Shown: piece by piece, positions 27,697-37,564 of the stretch
Layout: every line of letters begins with the position of its first letter
How positions within the stretch are numbered: position 1 is the stretch's first letter
Virus record (IMG/VR): IMGVR_UViG_3300028394_002328
Span: 62,001 to 126,000 of that record
DNA: 64,000 nucleotides
Reading direction: 5' to 3' (one strand)
Position numbers and translations under genes: made by a program
Notes under the pieces: generated by a model
What the model was told of the DNA's origin: nothing
Database searches by the model: none
The model's input: the letters and a program-made list of their open reading frames with translations, nothing else

Positions 27697-28713
27697 ATGA
27701 TAAAAGTAACTACCAAGGAAGAACTATTATATTTTATGCAATGCGGGATGATGCGGTTGAGTATGAACGACCTTAGGTTTGTTCATAACATGCATATGAT
27801 TTCTTGTATTAGAGATAAAGCATTGACTTCAAACCAAGTTAAGTTGTTTAATATATTGACAAAGAAATATAAAAAACAATTGGACAAACATAGAATATCT
27901 CAGGGAATGATTGAACATATGCGGTGGAACACTAAAATTGTTTCTAGTGATCCTGAATTTACTAACGCACATATTACTATAGAAAATAATCATATCTATT
28001 TTAGAGCGCCGTTTAATAAAAATTTCTTGATAGCATTACGAAAAGATAATTTAGTTAATACATTTATATGGAATAAAGAACTTAAAAGGTATGAATCACC
28101 TTTTAGTACCCATGCATTAAAGTTAATTGTAACTATTTCACAAGATATTTACAAGACTGTTACTCATTGCGAAGTGACCAAAAAATTGTTAAATACTGTT
28201 AATCAGTATGAGGCATTGTATTGGGATCCTACTCTTATTCCGTTTGATAATAGATATATTATTGCCGCATCTAACTCTTCTTTGGATGAAGCGATTAAAG
28301 ATGTTGAATTGTCTAAGGACATTAAATGTATTTCACAATTATCTGAATATGGAATAACAATTGATCCTAGCATCATCGCCAATATTGGTAAATTAAAATT
28401 TGCTAGTGAATATGAACCAACAATTGACTTTGTAGATTTTGATTTAGTAGGGCTGTGGTTAAAGGAATTAGAATGTGACACCGTATATTATTCAGGTACA
28501 GCAAGAAAAAACTTTATGTATATTACTGAAACTGTAGATAGGATACTGAATAACTTAAAAATTAAACTGAAATTGTATTCTAATAATTTAGATATACCAA
28601 AATCAAACTACAATGTACTATTAGTATTAACAAGTAATACACAGACAATATACAACCATCAATTTAATAAAATAATTAAAATGAAAAACTCAACTCCAAT
28701 CTCAATTAAATGA
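27697..28713 (+). CDS. Hypothetical protein upstream of UvsW
   Basis: 338-aa ORF; TTGAAT-17-TATACT promoter ends 6 nt before ATG. Confidence 0.65.
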   Translation: MIKVTTKEELLYFMQCGMMRLSMNDLRFVHNMHMISCIRDKALTSNQVKLFNILTKKYKKQLDKHRISQGMIEHMRWNTKIVSSDPEFTNAHITIENNHIYFRAPFNKNFLIALRKDNLVNTFIWNKELKRYESPFSTHALKLIVTISQDIYKTVTHCEVTKKLLNTVNQYEALYWDPTLIPFDNRYIIAASNSSLDEAIKDVELSKDIKCISQLSEYGITIDPSIIANIGKLKFASEYEPTIDFVDFDLVGLWLKELECDTVYYSGTARKNFMYITETVDRILNNLKIKLKLYSNNLDIPKSNYNVLLVLTSNTQTIYNHQFNKIIKMKNSTPISIK

Positions 28714-30167
28714 AAAAATGTAAAATTATAATCAAAGACGAAGTTAATGTTAAATTGGAAGGATTGGAATTATCTGACCGCAAAACATTAATGAAGATGT
28801 TTGAATATGAAGATCCATCTGCTAGGTTTAGACCATCATATAAACTTGGTAGATGGAATGGAAAAATCTCATATTTTAGTTTAGGCGGAACAACTTATAT
28901 TAACTTATTACCTGACATTGTTCCACTATTAGACCGTGCAGGATACGATATTGAATTGGAGGACAACAGAGAATACACCACTACTTTTGCTTTCAACAAA
29001 GTGTCCGAAACCGCATTTGAAAGTAAATCATGGCCTGTAGGACATCCTAAAGCAGGTGAGGCAATTATGTTGCGTGATTATCAAGTAGAGATTATTAATA
29101 ACTTCTTATCTAATCCGCAAAGCATTCAAGAGGTAGCAACGGGTGCAGGTAAAACTATTACCACAGCCGCACTAAGTTATAGTGTACAAGATTATGGCCG
29201 TAGTATTGTAATCGTACCTAATAAAAGTTTGGTAGTACAAACGGAAACAGACTACAGAAATTTAGGTTTGGATGTAGGAGTATACTTTGGAGATAGAAAA
29301 GACCTAGGTAAGCAACATACAATTTGTACTTGGCAAAGTCTTAATAACATGCTTAAAGCAACTAAATCAGGAGAAGCAGATATTACCATTGGTGAATTTA
29401 TTGAAGGTGTAGTTTGTGTAATGGTTGATGAGGTCCATAGTGCTAAAGCAGATGGGCTTAAAGCATTGTTAACAGGACCAATGGCATGTATTCCAATTCG
29501 TTGGGGATTGACTGGTACTATACCTAAAGCCAAACACGAGGCTCAGGCATTGTTTGTTAGTTTAGGCAATGTGATCGGTAAGTTAACAGCCAGTGAATTG
29601 CAAGACAAAGGTGTACTTGCTAAGTGCCATGTGAACATCGTACAATTACAAGATGAAGTAGAGTTTACTAATTATCAAAGTGAACTTAAACATTTATTAG
29701 AAGATAAAAACAGGCTTGATACTATTGCTCAATTAATTTTAAAGATTAAAGAAACTGGTAATACTCTAGTATTGGTTGATAGAGTAAATGCAGGAAAAGA
29801 ACTAATTGATAGATTGCCTAATAGTGTATTTGTAAGTGGTGAAACTAAACTAACGGAAAGAAAGGAAGAGTATGATGAAGTGGCGACTGCTACTGACAAG
29901 ATCATTGTGGCGACTTATGGTGTGGCCAGTGTGGGTATTAATATTCCAAGGATTTTTAATTTGGTTCTTTTGGAGCCCGGAAAAAGCTTTGTTAGGGTTA
30001 TCCAAAGTATTGGACGAGGCATCAGAAAAGCTGAGGACAAGGACTTCGTCCAAATTTGGGATATAACTAGCAGTTGTAAATTTGCCAAAAAACATTTGAC
30101 ACAACGAAAGGTCTTTTATAAAGAGGCTGCATATCCATTTGATATTGAAAAACTTAAATATCGGTGA
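28710..30167 (+). CDS. uvsW: SF2 DNA helicase (UvsW-like)
   Basis: LRDYQ, ATGAGKT, VDEVH, GLTGT, VGINIP, QSIGRGIR. Confidence 0.92.
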   Translation: MKKCKIIIKDEVNVKLEGLELSDRKTLMKMFEYEDPSARFRPSYKLGRWNGKISYFSLGGTTYINLLPDIVPLLDRAGYDIELEDNREYTTTFAFNKVSETAFESKSWPVGHPKAGEAIMLRDYQVEIINNFLSNPQSIQEVATGAGKTITTAALSYSVQDYGRSIVIVPNKSLVVQTETDYRNLGLDVGVYFGDRKDLGKQHTICTWQSLNNMLKATKSGEADITIGEFIEGVVCVMVDEVHSAKADGLKALLTGPMACIPIRWGLTGTIPKAKHEAQALFVSLGNVIGKLTASELQDKGVLAKCHVNIVQLQDEVEFTNYQSELKHLLEDKNRLDTIAQLILKIKETGNTLVLVDRVNAGKELIDRLPNSVFVSGETKLTERKEEYDEVATATDKIIVATYGVASVGINIPRIFNLVLLEPGKSFVRVIQSIGRGIRKAEDKDFVQIWDITSSCKFAKKHLTQRKVFYKEAAYPFDIEKLKYR

Positions 30168-30179
30168 TATACTATTATC

Positions 30180-30680
30180 ATGAACATACTATTACTAGAC
30201 AACATCAAATATAATTTAGAAAATCTACCCGATGAAGTAGATGATTTCAGATTTGCTATCTTAGATAACAGTAATCCTAGCAATGTAGATTACCATTATA
30301 TACCTCTTATATTTTTAGAATCATTTAGTGCTCCTGCACTAGTTTTACAGATTGGTAATCATACAATTAAGATGCCTGTAGATTGGCAAATATTGATTGG
30401 AGAAAAGGATCACGGTGATTTAGAAACATTACCATTGACTAGTGTTAATGATAGGGGGTTTAGTGCGTTTGAATTTAATCCACTGAGTTCTTTTAGGCCA
30501 TCATTTCAACCAATTGAAATTGTAGATGTATACCATGATGTAACTTGGTATGCACCTAGATTAAAGAATGGACAGTTTCTTTGCGTACCTATTGAAGATG
30601 GTCATAAACCTAAATGTGTTTATTTTGTAAAAGAAGTTAGTAGGAATTGTGAAATAGTAGACTATAATCAATCATTCTAA
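30180..30680 (+). CDS. Hypothetical beta-rich protein, possibly an inactive Hint fold
   Basis: The hydrophobic pattern parallels intein blocks but catalytic residues are absent; see findings. Confidence 0.55.
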   Translation: MNILLLDNIKYNLENLPDEVDDFRFAILDNSNPSNVDYHYIPLIFLESFSAPALVLQIGNHTIKMPVDWQILIGEKDHGDLETLPLTSVNDRGFSAFEFNPLSSFRPSFQPIEIVDVYHDVTWYAPRLKNGQFLCVPIEDGHKPKCVYFVKEVSRNCEIVDYNQSF

Positions 30681-31270
30681 TGAAAAAATCTGATATACCT
30701 GCCGACGAAAAACTTGAAAATCAAGATTTTGATTTGTTTAATGCTTTAACAGCATTAGATAAAAAAGACTATGGTTATTATGATAGACTGAATCAGGAAC
30801 AACAAAGGAAGTTTGTTCCTTATATGTTGTTGATGTGGATGAGTGCAGTTAAGGGTAGTAAAGACCTACAAAACTATTATATTAGTAGCACTGACTATTA
30901 TGCCAACAAATATATGTTCAATGAAAATGTACAAAAGCATCCTAAATTACAATGGTTAATGCTATGTGCTGCTAGCCCGGGTATTGGAAAACAATTTCAT
31001 CAATGGATTCCTAATATCAGTCCTAGTATTAGTAAATTAAAATCAGCGGCAAAGGTCAAAGATATTAAAGACTATTATGCAAAAATATATCCCAAATTAA
31101 ATAAAGATGATTTGCAGGACTTATCTACTGAGTTTGTAGAAAATCAAAAAAGAAAAATGTATCTTAGTAAAATATATCCTAATTCTAAAATAGAAGATGT
31201 AGAGGTATTAAATCAATTAGTAACAGACATGGATATTGAGCAGTATGAAAAAGACAGAGGAAACGACTAA
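30680..31270 (+). CDS. Putative clamp-loader small subunit (T4 gp62-like)
   Basis: FVPYMLLMWMSAV...QWLML..ASPG.GKQFHQWI resembles the gp62 pattern; replication context. Confidence 0.45.
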   Translation: MKKSDIPADEKLENQDFDLFNALTALDKKDYGYYDRLNQEQQRKFVPYMLLMWMSAVKGSKDLQNYYISSTDYYANKYMFNENVQKHPKLQWLMLCAASPGIGKQFHQWIPNISPSISKLKSAAKVKDIKDYYAKIYPKLNKDDLQDLSTEFVENQKRKMYLSKIYPNSKIEDVEVLNQLVTDMDIEQYEKDRGND

Positions 31271-31946
31271 ACCAAAATTTAGTTGCGAATTTTGTAAACG
31301 GGAGTTTATTCGTGAATCCACGGTATTAAAACATATTTGTGAATATAAACATCGTTGGTTAGAAAAAGACAAACAAAGTAATAGAATAGGGTTTCAGGCT
31401 TGGATGCAATTCTATAAGAAAAATAGCGCATCTAAAAAATATAAAACCTACGAAGAATTTATTCGTAATCCTTATTATACAGCCTTCGCAAAGTTTGGTT
31501 TATATTGTACAGAAGTTAATGTTATTAATGTAAGTAGATACTTAGATTGGTTATTAAAAGACCAAATTAAAATTGATGAATGGTGTTATGACGCGGTATA
31601 CACTAGATTCTTAATAGAATATTTGCGTAATGAAGATCCATTTGATGCTATTCATAGAAGTGTAGAAACTACTATGCAATTTGCCGATACAGAAAGAATC
31701 CAACATAAGGATTATTTACGGTATGGCAATAAAAACAAAATCTGTTATGCCGTGACCAAAGGCAAAATCAGCCCATGGCTGTTGTACCAAAGTGAGTCAG
31801 GTGTCCATTTTCTAGATACAATAAATCCAGACCATGTTAAACTTATCATTGATTACATAAGTCCCGAGCAGTGGACATTAAGATTCAGGCGTGACCCAAA
31901 AGTAGTTAATGATGTTAAGGAATTACTTGGTGCAATCGGCTTATAA
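31245..31946 (+). CDS. Zn-finger-containing replication-region protein
   Basis: N-terminal CEFC...HIC; function unknown. Confidence 0.55.
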   Translation: MKKTEETTKPKFSCEFCKREFIRESTVLKHICEYKHRWLEKDKQSNRIGFQAWMQFYKKNSASKKYKTYEEFIRNPYYTAFAKFGLYCTEVNVINVSRYLDWLLKDQIKIDEWCYDAVYTRFLIEYLRNEDPFDAIHRSVETTMQFADTERIQHKDYLRYGNKNKICYAVTKGKISPWLLYQSESGVHFLDTINPDHVKLIIDYISPEQWTLRFRRDPKVVNDVKELLGAIGL

Positions 31947-32133
31947 ATTTAAGGTTCGTATTCCGTGGCGCAAGGGTATGACGGTAACATCTTGGGATGA
32001 GATTTGTATTTGGGCGCTTGAAAATTATGGTACACCAGGATCTAAATATGTAACAACACTGACTCAAGACTATATGGATTTTATGTTTGCTGATAGTCAG
32101 GACGCAATTCACTTTTCCCTACGCTGGGAATAA
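31930..32133 (+). CDS. FxLRW-family small protein
   Basis: Ends FMFADSQDAIHFSLRWE. Confidence 0.65.
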   Translation: MQSAYKFKVRIPWRKGMTVTSWDEICIWALENYGTPGSKYVTTLTQDYMDFMFADSQDAIHFSLRWE

Positions 32134-32150
32134 TTCTTAAGGGATATGAT

Positions 32151-34166
32151 ATGAAATTTAAAATATTGGCTGCAAGCGTGGCACTAGCCTGTTCTAGTTT
32201 GTCTTATGCTCAGACTACCACAGAATATTCTCTAAGCCGTAGCCTTGATGTAATTAAAGCTAACGCCGCATATGCCCGTGGTTACACAGGTAAAGGTAGT
32301 GTAATTGCTATTTTAGATACAGGTATCGACACCAGCAGTGATGAATTTAAAAACAAAATCCTAGCCATTAAGGACTTCAGCAATAGTGGTACTATCGTTG
32401 ATAAAGTTGGACATGGCACTCATGTTGCAGGTATTGCAGCCGCCGCTAAAAATGGTGTAGGTGTTCAAGGTGTTGCTTATGATGCTAGTTTGATTGTTGG
32501 TAAGATCACCAACACTGGTGCTATGAACACACAAACCGTTCTTACAGCCGCAAGTTGGGCTGCTAGTTTGGGTGCTGATGTTGCTAACATGAGCGTTACA
32601 TTTCCTATTAGTCGTAACACAATTACCCCTGTACTGATTGCCCCGGGTATCTATAAAACATCTTATACTAACACTGGCAAATTGCCCTATGACTTTGACG
32701 CTAAGGTATGGGCGGCTGCTACTAAAGGTGAAATGATCATGGTTGTAGCCGCAGGCAATGAGGCTACAGCATGGTCTAATAGTATTACTCAGTTGGCTAC
32801 TGCTACTGACGCAAATGGTAATTTGTTGTTGGGTGGTAGAATGATTATCGCAGGCAATTGGAACAGTGTTACTAATAAGACCGTTGGTCCATCAACCAAT
32901 GGCGCGGCGCATCTATGCCAAGTTATGGTTAATTCAGTTTGCCAAGACAAGTACAAAGCATATGACTTTTTTCTAATGGCTCCCGGTACTAGCATTATTA
33001 GCACTGGACTTAAGACTCCTATCAATCCAACTGGATTGGTTACTATGTCTGGTACATCTATGGCAGCCCCTGCTATCTCAGGTGGCGCCGCACTAATTCA
33101 TCAGATGTGGCCACAGATGACAGGCTCTAACATTGTAAGGTTATTGCTTGTTACTGCTAACAAGAATCTGCCTGGCTATAGTCTATACACTATGGGTCAG
33201 GGTCTAATGGATCTTGATAAAGCAACTAGCCCAGTTGGTTCGGTTGGTATCCCAACTACAGGTCGATTGTCCGATACTACTCTTGCCAGCGCAAGACCTC
33301 TTGTCTACACTGCAACTGGTAGTGCTAGCACAGGTAAACTAAGTGGCATCATGGTAGTGGATAGTTTTGAGCGTGATTTCTATCTCAATGGCAAATCATT
33401 TACTGCACACAAGAAAGCTGATCCCTTCAATCCTCATCAGGCAATGATGCCCTATGAGTCACACAACCCTTATACATTGTTCAATACATACTATGACCGA
33501 ACTAATGTACAAATAGGCTCATATGAGATGAGCATTTACCGTGACACTACTAACATGTTGGAAACATCACCCATGATGTTGGAAATGGCTTACACTAAAA
33601 ACTTTGGTGATACTAGTGTCAAGTTTTCAGGTGGATTCTTTAACGAAACTAACACTTGGTTGGGTAATAGTGTAGGTAGTTTTGTGGGTGATGGTAAAAA
33701 CAATAACAGCACTACACAGTTTGCCGGTGTTGAACTGAACAAAGCATTTGACACTGGTACTAATCTGTATGCTAATTTTATCCATGGTATCACAAAGACC
33801 AACTCGCATAGTGAAAACATTCAGAAAATTGGAAGTGTCCTAAGTTACGCATGGACCGCAGGTATTGAGCAAAAACTAAATATCAACAATACAATTGGTG
33901 TTATGGTATATCAACCTGTTAGTGTCTACCGTGCTAATGCTGATTTGGTTGCCCCTGTTGGATTGGATAGTTCATTCAATGTCATTCAGAATAGTAGTGT
34001 TAACCTAGCCGCAGATGTACATGAATTTAGAACGGGTGTTTATCATAAGTTCCAAAACTCTAAGGAGTTTAACACTATGGCATTTGTAGAGGCTCGGCAG
34101 AATTATCGTGGTCAACTGGGTCAAAATGACATGGCTGTAGGATTCAAACTTACAAAAACCTTTTGA
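32151..34166 (+). CDS. Subtilisin-like S8 serine protease with signal peptide and probable C-terminal beta-barrel
   Basis: Triad motifs ILDTG, GHGTHVAG and SGTSMAAP; signal peptide; amphipathic beta strands ending in terminal Phe. Confidence 0.88.
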   Translation: MKFKILAASVALACSSLSYAQTTTEYSLSRSLDVIKANAAYARGYTGKGSVIAILDTGIDTSSDEFKNKILAIKDFSNSGTIVDKVGHGTHVAGIAAAAKNGVGVQGVAYDASLIVGKITNTGAMNTQTVLTAASWAASLGADVANMSVTFPISRNTITPVLIAPGIYKTSYTNTGKLPYDFDAKVWAAATKGEMIMVVAAGNEATAWSNSITQLATATDANGNLLLGGRMIIAGNWNSVTNKTVGPSTNGAAHLCQVMVNSVCQDKYKAYDFFLMAPGTSIISTGLKTPINPTGLVTMSGTSMAAPAISGGAALIHQMWPQMTGSNIVRLLLVTANKNLPGYSLYTMGQGLMDLDKATSPVGSVGIPTTGRLSDTTLASARPLVYTATGSASTGKLSGIMVVDSFERDFYLNGKSFTAHKKADPFNPHQAMMPYESHNPYTLFNTYYDRTNVQIGSYEMSIYRDTTNMLETSPMMLEMAYTKNFGDTSVKFSGGFFNETNTWLGNSVGSFVGDGKNNNSTTQFAGVELNKAFDTGTNLYANFIHGITKTNSHSENIQKIGSVLSYAWTAGIEQKLNINNTIGVMVYQPVSVYRANADLVAPVGLDSSFNVIQNSSVNLAADVHEFRTGVYHKFQNSKEFNTMAFVEARQNYRGQLGQNDMAVGFKLTKTF

Positions 34167-34172
34167 TTAACC

Positions 34173-34421
34173 TTGCACTACTATAACATTGAATCATTAA
34201 AAGAATGGGAAGAATGTAAACCAGGTTGGTATGAATGTAAATTACCATTACACAACTCAGGCCCGCAAGAACTTAAATATGTTGAATCAATTATAGATTG
34301 GGTTTTCAATCACATTGAAAAGTGTGAAAAACATGCTAGATGGATGATCACCGATGAATCATTCAATTTTAAATTTAGGTATGAGCGGGACTACTTAATG
34401 TTTGTTTTGCGTTGGTCATGA
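34173..34421 (+). CDS. FxLRW-family small protein
   Basis: Ends FKFRYERDYLMFVLRWS. Confidence 0.7.
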   Translation: MHYYNIESLKEWEECKPGWYECKLPLHNSGPQELKYVESIIDWVFNHIEKCEKHARWMITDESFNFKFRYERDYLMFVLRWS

Positions 34422-34630
34422 ACACTGTTACGGTATATAATAAAACCGGTAATGAAATTAGTTTAATACTTGGTGAATTAAAATCACATGGATTGGTTGC
34501 CAATGAACATTATGAGTTTAGATATTTTCATACTACTTGGGATCCTATGACAGGCGAAGTTCCAAAAAAATGTGAATTTACTTTTAAAGATGATAAACTA
34601 GCAAGTTGGTTTATCTTGAGATGGGGATGA
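34418..34630 (+). CDS. FxLRW-family small protein
   Basis: Ends FTFKDDKLASWFILRWG. Confidence 0.7.
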   Translation: MNTVTVYNKTGNEISLILGELKSHGLVANEHYEFRYFHTTWDPMTGEVPKKCEFTFKDDKLASWFILRWG

Positions 34631-34821
34631 AACTATTAAAAGCCAATCAAGCCGATAGTCTAGTAGTCATCATAAGAGATTATGAATTTTTTGATGGAGA
34701 TACCACCGAAGATATGGATGAATGGTGTTGGCAAACATTTGGGTATCACCCAAGAACTGGCATGGTGTTGACATTTCGTGAACCCAGCCATACTAATTGG
34801 TTTATGTTAAGATGGGGATAG
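34627..34821 (+). CDS. FxLRW-family small protein
   Basis: Ends LTFREPSHTNWFMLRWG. Confidence 0.7.
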   Translation: MKLLKANQADSLVVIIRDYEFFDGDTTEDMDEWCWQTFGYHPRTGMVLTFREPSHTNWFMLRWG

Positions 34822-35057
34822 AGACTAAACGCAAGCGAAGAACACCAGAAGATTGGCATACTGTGTTTACTGGAAAAGCAAATCACTGGAAGGCTACTGA
34901 TTGGTGTACTAAACAATTTGGTCAACGTTGGAGTGTTGTGGATAATAGAGATGGTATATGGTGCTGCTTTTGGGCTGGTCGAGAACAATTTAGTTCATAT
35001 ATTTGGCATTTTGAAAATGAGCGTGATGCCATGTGGTTTAAACTGAGGTGGATCTAA
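34812..35057 (+). CDS. FxLRW-family small protein
   Basis: Ends WHFENERDAMWFKLRWI. Confidence 0.7.
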   Translation: MGIETKRKRRTPEDWHTVFTGKANHWKATDWCTKQFGQRWSVVDNRDGIWCCFWAGREQFSSYIWHFENERDAMWFKLRWI

Positions 35058-35059
35058 AA

Positions 35060-35458
35060 ATGGAAAAACAATTAGAACATATAGATAAAGCGGGAAATAC
35101 GTTAGTAGGCATATTTCATAGACTGGCACTATTTGGTATTGGTGCTGCCACTGTATGGAGCGCTGGCACGAACTTTTTAGAAATGTTTAGCCAAACACGT
35201 GTTGATATAGACGACCTATTACTATTGTTTATATACTTGGAAATCGGAGCTATGGTTGGGATCTACTTTAAAACCAATCATATGCCTGTGCGTTTTCTAA
35301 TTTATATTGCTATCACGGCATTAACTAGACATATGGTAGATTTAATAGCCATTGGCCATGAACAAATGACTAACATATTAATACTGTCTGGAGCCACTTT
35401 GATATTATCTATTAGTTTGTTTTTAATTAGATTGGCCAGTAGTAAATTTTCATCATGA
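35060..35458 (+). CDS. psiE: PsiE-family membrane protein
   Basis: Four hydrophobic segments; LLLFIYLEIGAMVGIYFKTNHMPVRFLIYIAITALTRHM. Confidence 0.8.
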   Translation: MEKQLEHIDKAGNTLVGIFHRLALFGIGAATVWSAGTNFLEMFSQTRVDIDDLLLLFIYLEIGAMVGIYFKTNHMPVRFLIYIAITALTRHMVDLIAIGHEQMTNILILSGATLILSISLFLIRLASSKFSS

Positions 35459-35468
35459 TCATACAACT

Positions 35469-35780
35469 ATGAAATTTAGAATTGATAGAACAGATAAAAG
35501 ACATACCGGGCATGAACAATTCCAATGGTACATAAAAGCCTATGGTGATTGGCGTACTCATAATCAAATTGACAAACTGTCCAGCTTGTTTGATCTGAGA
35601 GAATGGGCGTGGACTACTTGGGGCCCTAGTTGCGAACGTGACTTCTGGCTCTATATTCTACGCTACGACCCTGACTATGCGTTAAATACTCACTGGTGCT
35701 GGCATACAGAATATAAAGAAACTAAACTGTATCTCCGCACCGACAAAGAAGCCGATTGGTTTACGCTGAGGTGGCTATGA
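35469..35780 (+). CDS. FxLRW-family small protein
   Basis: Ends LYLRTDKEADWFTLRWL. Confidence 0.7.
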   Translation: MKFRIDRTDKRHTGHEQFQWYIKAYGDWRTHNQIDKLSSLFDLREWAWTTWGPSCERDFWLYILRYDPDYALNTHWCWHTEYKETKLYLRTDKEADWFTLRWL

Positions 35781-35959
35781 TAGTTACTATACCTTACGAT
35801 CCATTTTGGGAACCATTGAATTGGGCTAAAAAATATTGTTCAAGTTATATTACTAACAATATGCACATGGATGGATACAATACATATGATGCTACAAAAA
35901 TCGATTATCATTTCAGCGACGAAAAAGATGCGGTAATGTTTGCGTTGAGGTGGGCTTGA
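35777..35959 (+). CDS. FxLRW-family small protein
   Basis: Ends YHFSDEKDAVMFALRWA. Confidence 0.7.
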   Translation: MIVTIPYDPFWEPLNWAKKYCSSYITNNMHMDGYNTYDATKIDYHFSDEKDAVMFALRWA

Positions 35960-35966
35960 AAACAGG

Positions 35967-35995
35967 TTGACATTAAATTGACATGTCTGTATAAT
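35967..35995 (+). promoter_or_regulatory. sigma70-type early promoter
   Basis: TTGACA-17-TATAAT followed by a leader ending CCGGAG. Confidence 0.85.
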
Positions 35996-36026
35996 ATATA
36001 CATACGCTGAACAACCGGAGCAAAAG

Positions 36027-36233
36027 ATGAACGAACGAATTAAAGAACTGATAAAACAGGCAACCGAGGAGGAACTGGACTACACTGAAAGCGGTGTGCC
36101 TTTCGTTGTTAGGGAGTTTGTTCCAGAAAAGTTTGCCGAGTTGATCATTTCCGAAACTTGTCGAATGCTGGCAGAGAACAGTGAACTTAGAGCCGCTACT
36201 CTCGTAGGCAAACACTTTCCACTTTGGAAATAA
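36027..36233 (+). CDS. MNERI-family small protein
   Basis: MNERIKEL...EKFAELII. Confidence 0.7.
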   Translation: MNERIKELIKQATEEELDYTESGVPFVVREFVPEKFAELIISETCRMLAENSELRAATLVGKHFPLWK

Positions 36234-36237
36234 TGAG

Positions 36238-36444
36238 ATGAACAAACGAATTCTTGAACTTGCCTTAAAGTCTGGTAGCACACACAAACAGAATCTTGGT
36301 GTGTATCAATTCTATGAAGATGAATTGGAAAAGTTTGCTGAATTGATTGTGAATGAATGTCTGCGACAGGCAAAGGAAGTGGTAATTCCTATTACAGCCG
36401 ATGCTATTGAAAACAAGATTAAAGAACATTTTGGTGTTGAATGA
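36238..36444 (+). CDS. MNERI-family small protein
   Basis: MNKRILEL...EKFAELIVNEC...IKEHFGVE. Confidence 0.7.
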   Translation: MNKRILELALKSGSTHKQNLGVYQFYEDELEKFAELIVNECLRQAKEVVIPITADAIENKIKEHFGVE

Positions 36445-36818
36445 TGAAAATCAGATACAGTACTAATTGGATGGGCCCAGTCAGTATGAATTGGTATGAA
36501 CAACGCGGCCTTGTTGAAACTAAAATGATCACACTAGAAAAAGACTCAGTTATCAGTGGACTTAAGGCCGGCGAAGGATTTAAAATTGATGAAATCACCA
36601 CACATTATAGTTGCGGTAGAATTGATGTAAGAGGAACTGATGATCCTCATGGTGATGAAATAGGCGTGCCTCCAATGACCAGTGAGGATTGGGCTAGGTT
36701 TGGTCTTTGGCTTGAGACTTTTGAAACTGATGCGGTTTGGACATTGGATCAATTAGTTGAACTATACGAGAGAGATAATCCAAAAATTACATGGGACAAT
36801 TATGAACGAACGAATTAG
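36441..36818 (+). CDS. Hypothetical protein
   Basis: Coupled start/stop with neighbours. Confidence 0.65.
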   Translation: MMKIRYSTNWMGPVSMNWYEQRGLVETKMITLEKDSVISGLKAGEGFKIDEITTHYSCGRIDVRGTDDPHGDEIGVPPMTSEDWARFGLWLETFETDAVWTLDQLVELYERDNPKITWDNYERTN

Positions 36819-37029
36819 AGAACTTGCTGAACAGGCTGAATTTTCCGAAAAAGACTTGCACATTCAAGGTGATAATTTTCAAAAGTTCGCCGAGTTGATT
36901 GTCAAGGAATGTATGAGAATGTGTGAGGTTGCTCAAGTGGGGTATCTTACACACGGACTAGAAAAAGAAGCATCGGGTGCTTTTTCTGTCAAACAATACA
37001 TTGAAGAATATCTAGGAGTTGACGAATGA
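36802..37029 (+). CDS. MNERI-family small protein
   Basis: MNERIREL...QKFAELIVKEC...IEEYLGVDE. Confidence 0.7.
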   Translation: MNERIRELAEQAEFSEKDLHIQGDNFQKFAELIVKECMRMCEVAQVGYLTHGLEKEASGAFSVKQYIEEYLGVDE

Positions 37030-37226
37030 ACGAACGAATTCGAGAATGTTGGTTAAAGGCTGCTAGAGAAGATTCCGGTGATAAGTGGGATACGCAAGAA
37101 GAATTTATTGAGCGATTCGCTCGGTTGATTATTAGAAAATGTGCTAAGGTTGCCGATCTTGCTGATGAGAACAAATGCGAATGGATTGGTGGAAATATTC
37201 TAACACATTTCGGAGTCGAAGAATGA
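37026..37226 (+). CDS. MNERI-family small protein
   Basis: MNERIREC...ERFARLIIRKC...ILTHFGVEE. Confidence 0.7.
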   Translation: MNERIRECWLKAAREDSGDKWDTQEEFIERFARLIIRKCAKVADLADENKCEWIGGNILTHFGVEE

Positions 37227-37564
37227 GCTTAACCGTAAGCCTAATGGTGCCCAAACCTGTATCAGTCTATGACAACAACATTACTCATAACTTGAGCAAG
37301 ATGGCCTCCGAAGTCAAATTGTCTAATGGACTCTCACTATACGATGTGTTATGGCGGCCTGATGAACACGAACTGGAATTGGCCGAAGATATTGTAGAAC
37401 TGCTGGACGAAGGCTGGAACATACTAGTCAGTGAGCCTGATCGATTTCGACAACTTAATCCAGAGAATGGCTGGGGCAATTACGACGGTCTTTGTAAGTT
37501 TGTTTATGAATACCGTAATGCCTGCTGGAACGAACCTAATGCTACTATAGAGGTCTGCCGATGA
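37223..37564 (+). CDS. Hypothetical protein
   Basis: MSLTVSL...NITHNLSKMA...NPENGWGNY. Confidence 0.7.
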   Translation: MSLTVSLMVPKPVSVYDNNITHNLSKMASEVKLSNGLSLYDVLWRPDEHELELAEDIVELLDEGWNILVSEPDRFRQLNPENGWGNYDGLCKFVYEYRNACWNEPNATIEVCR

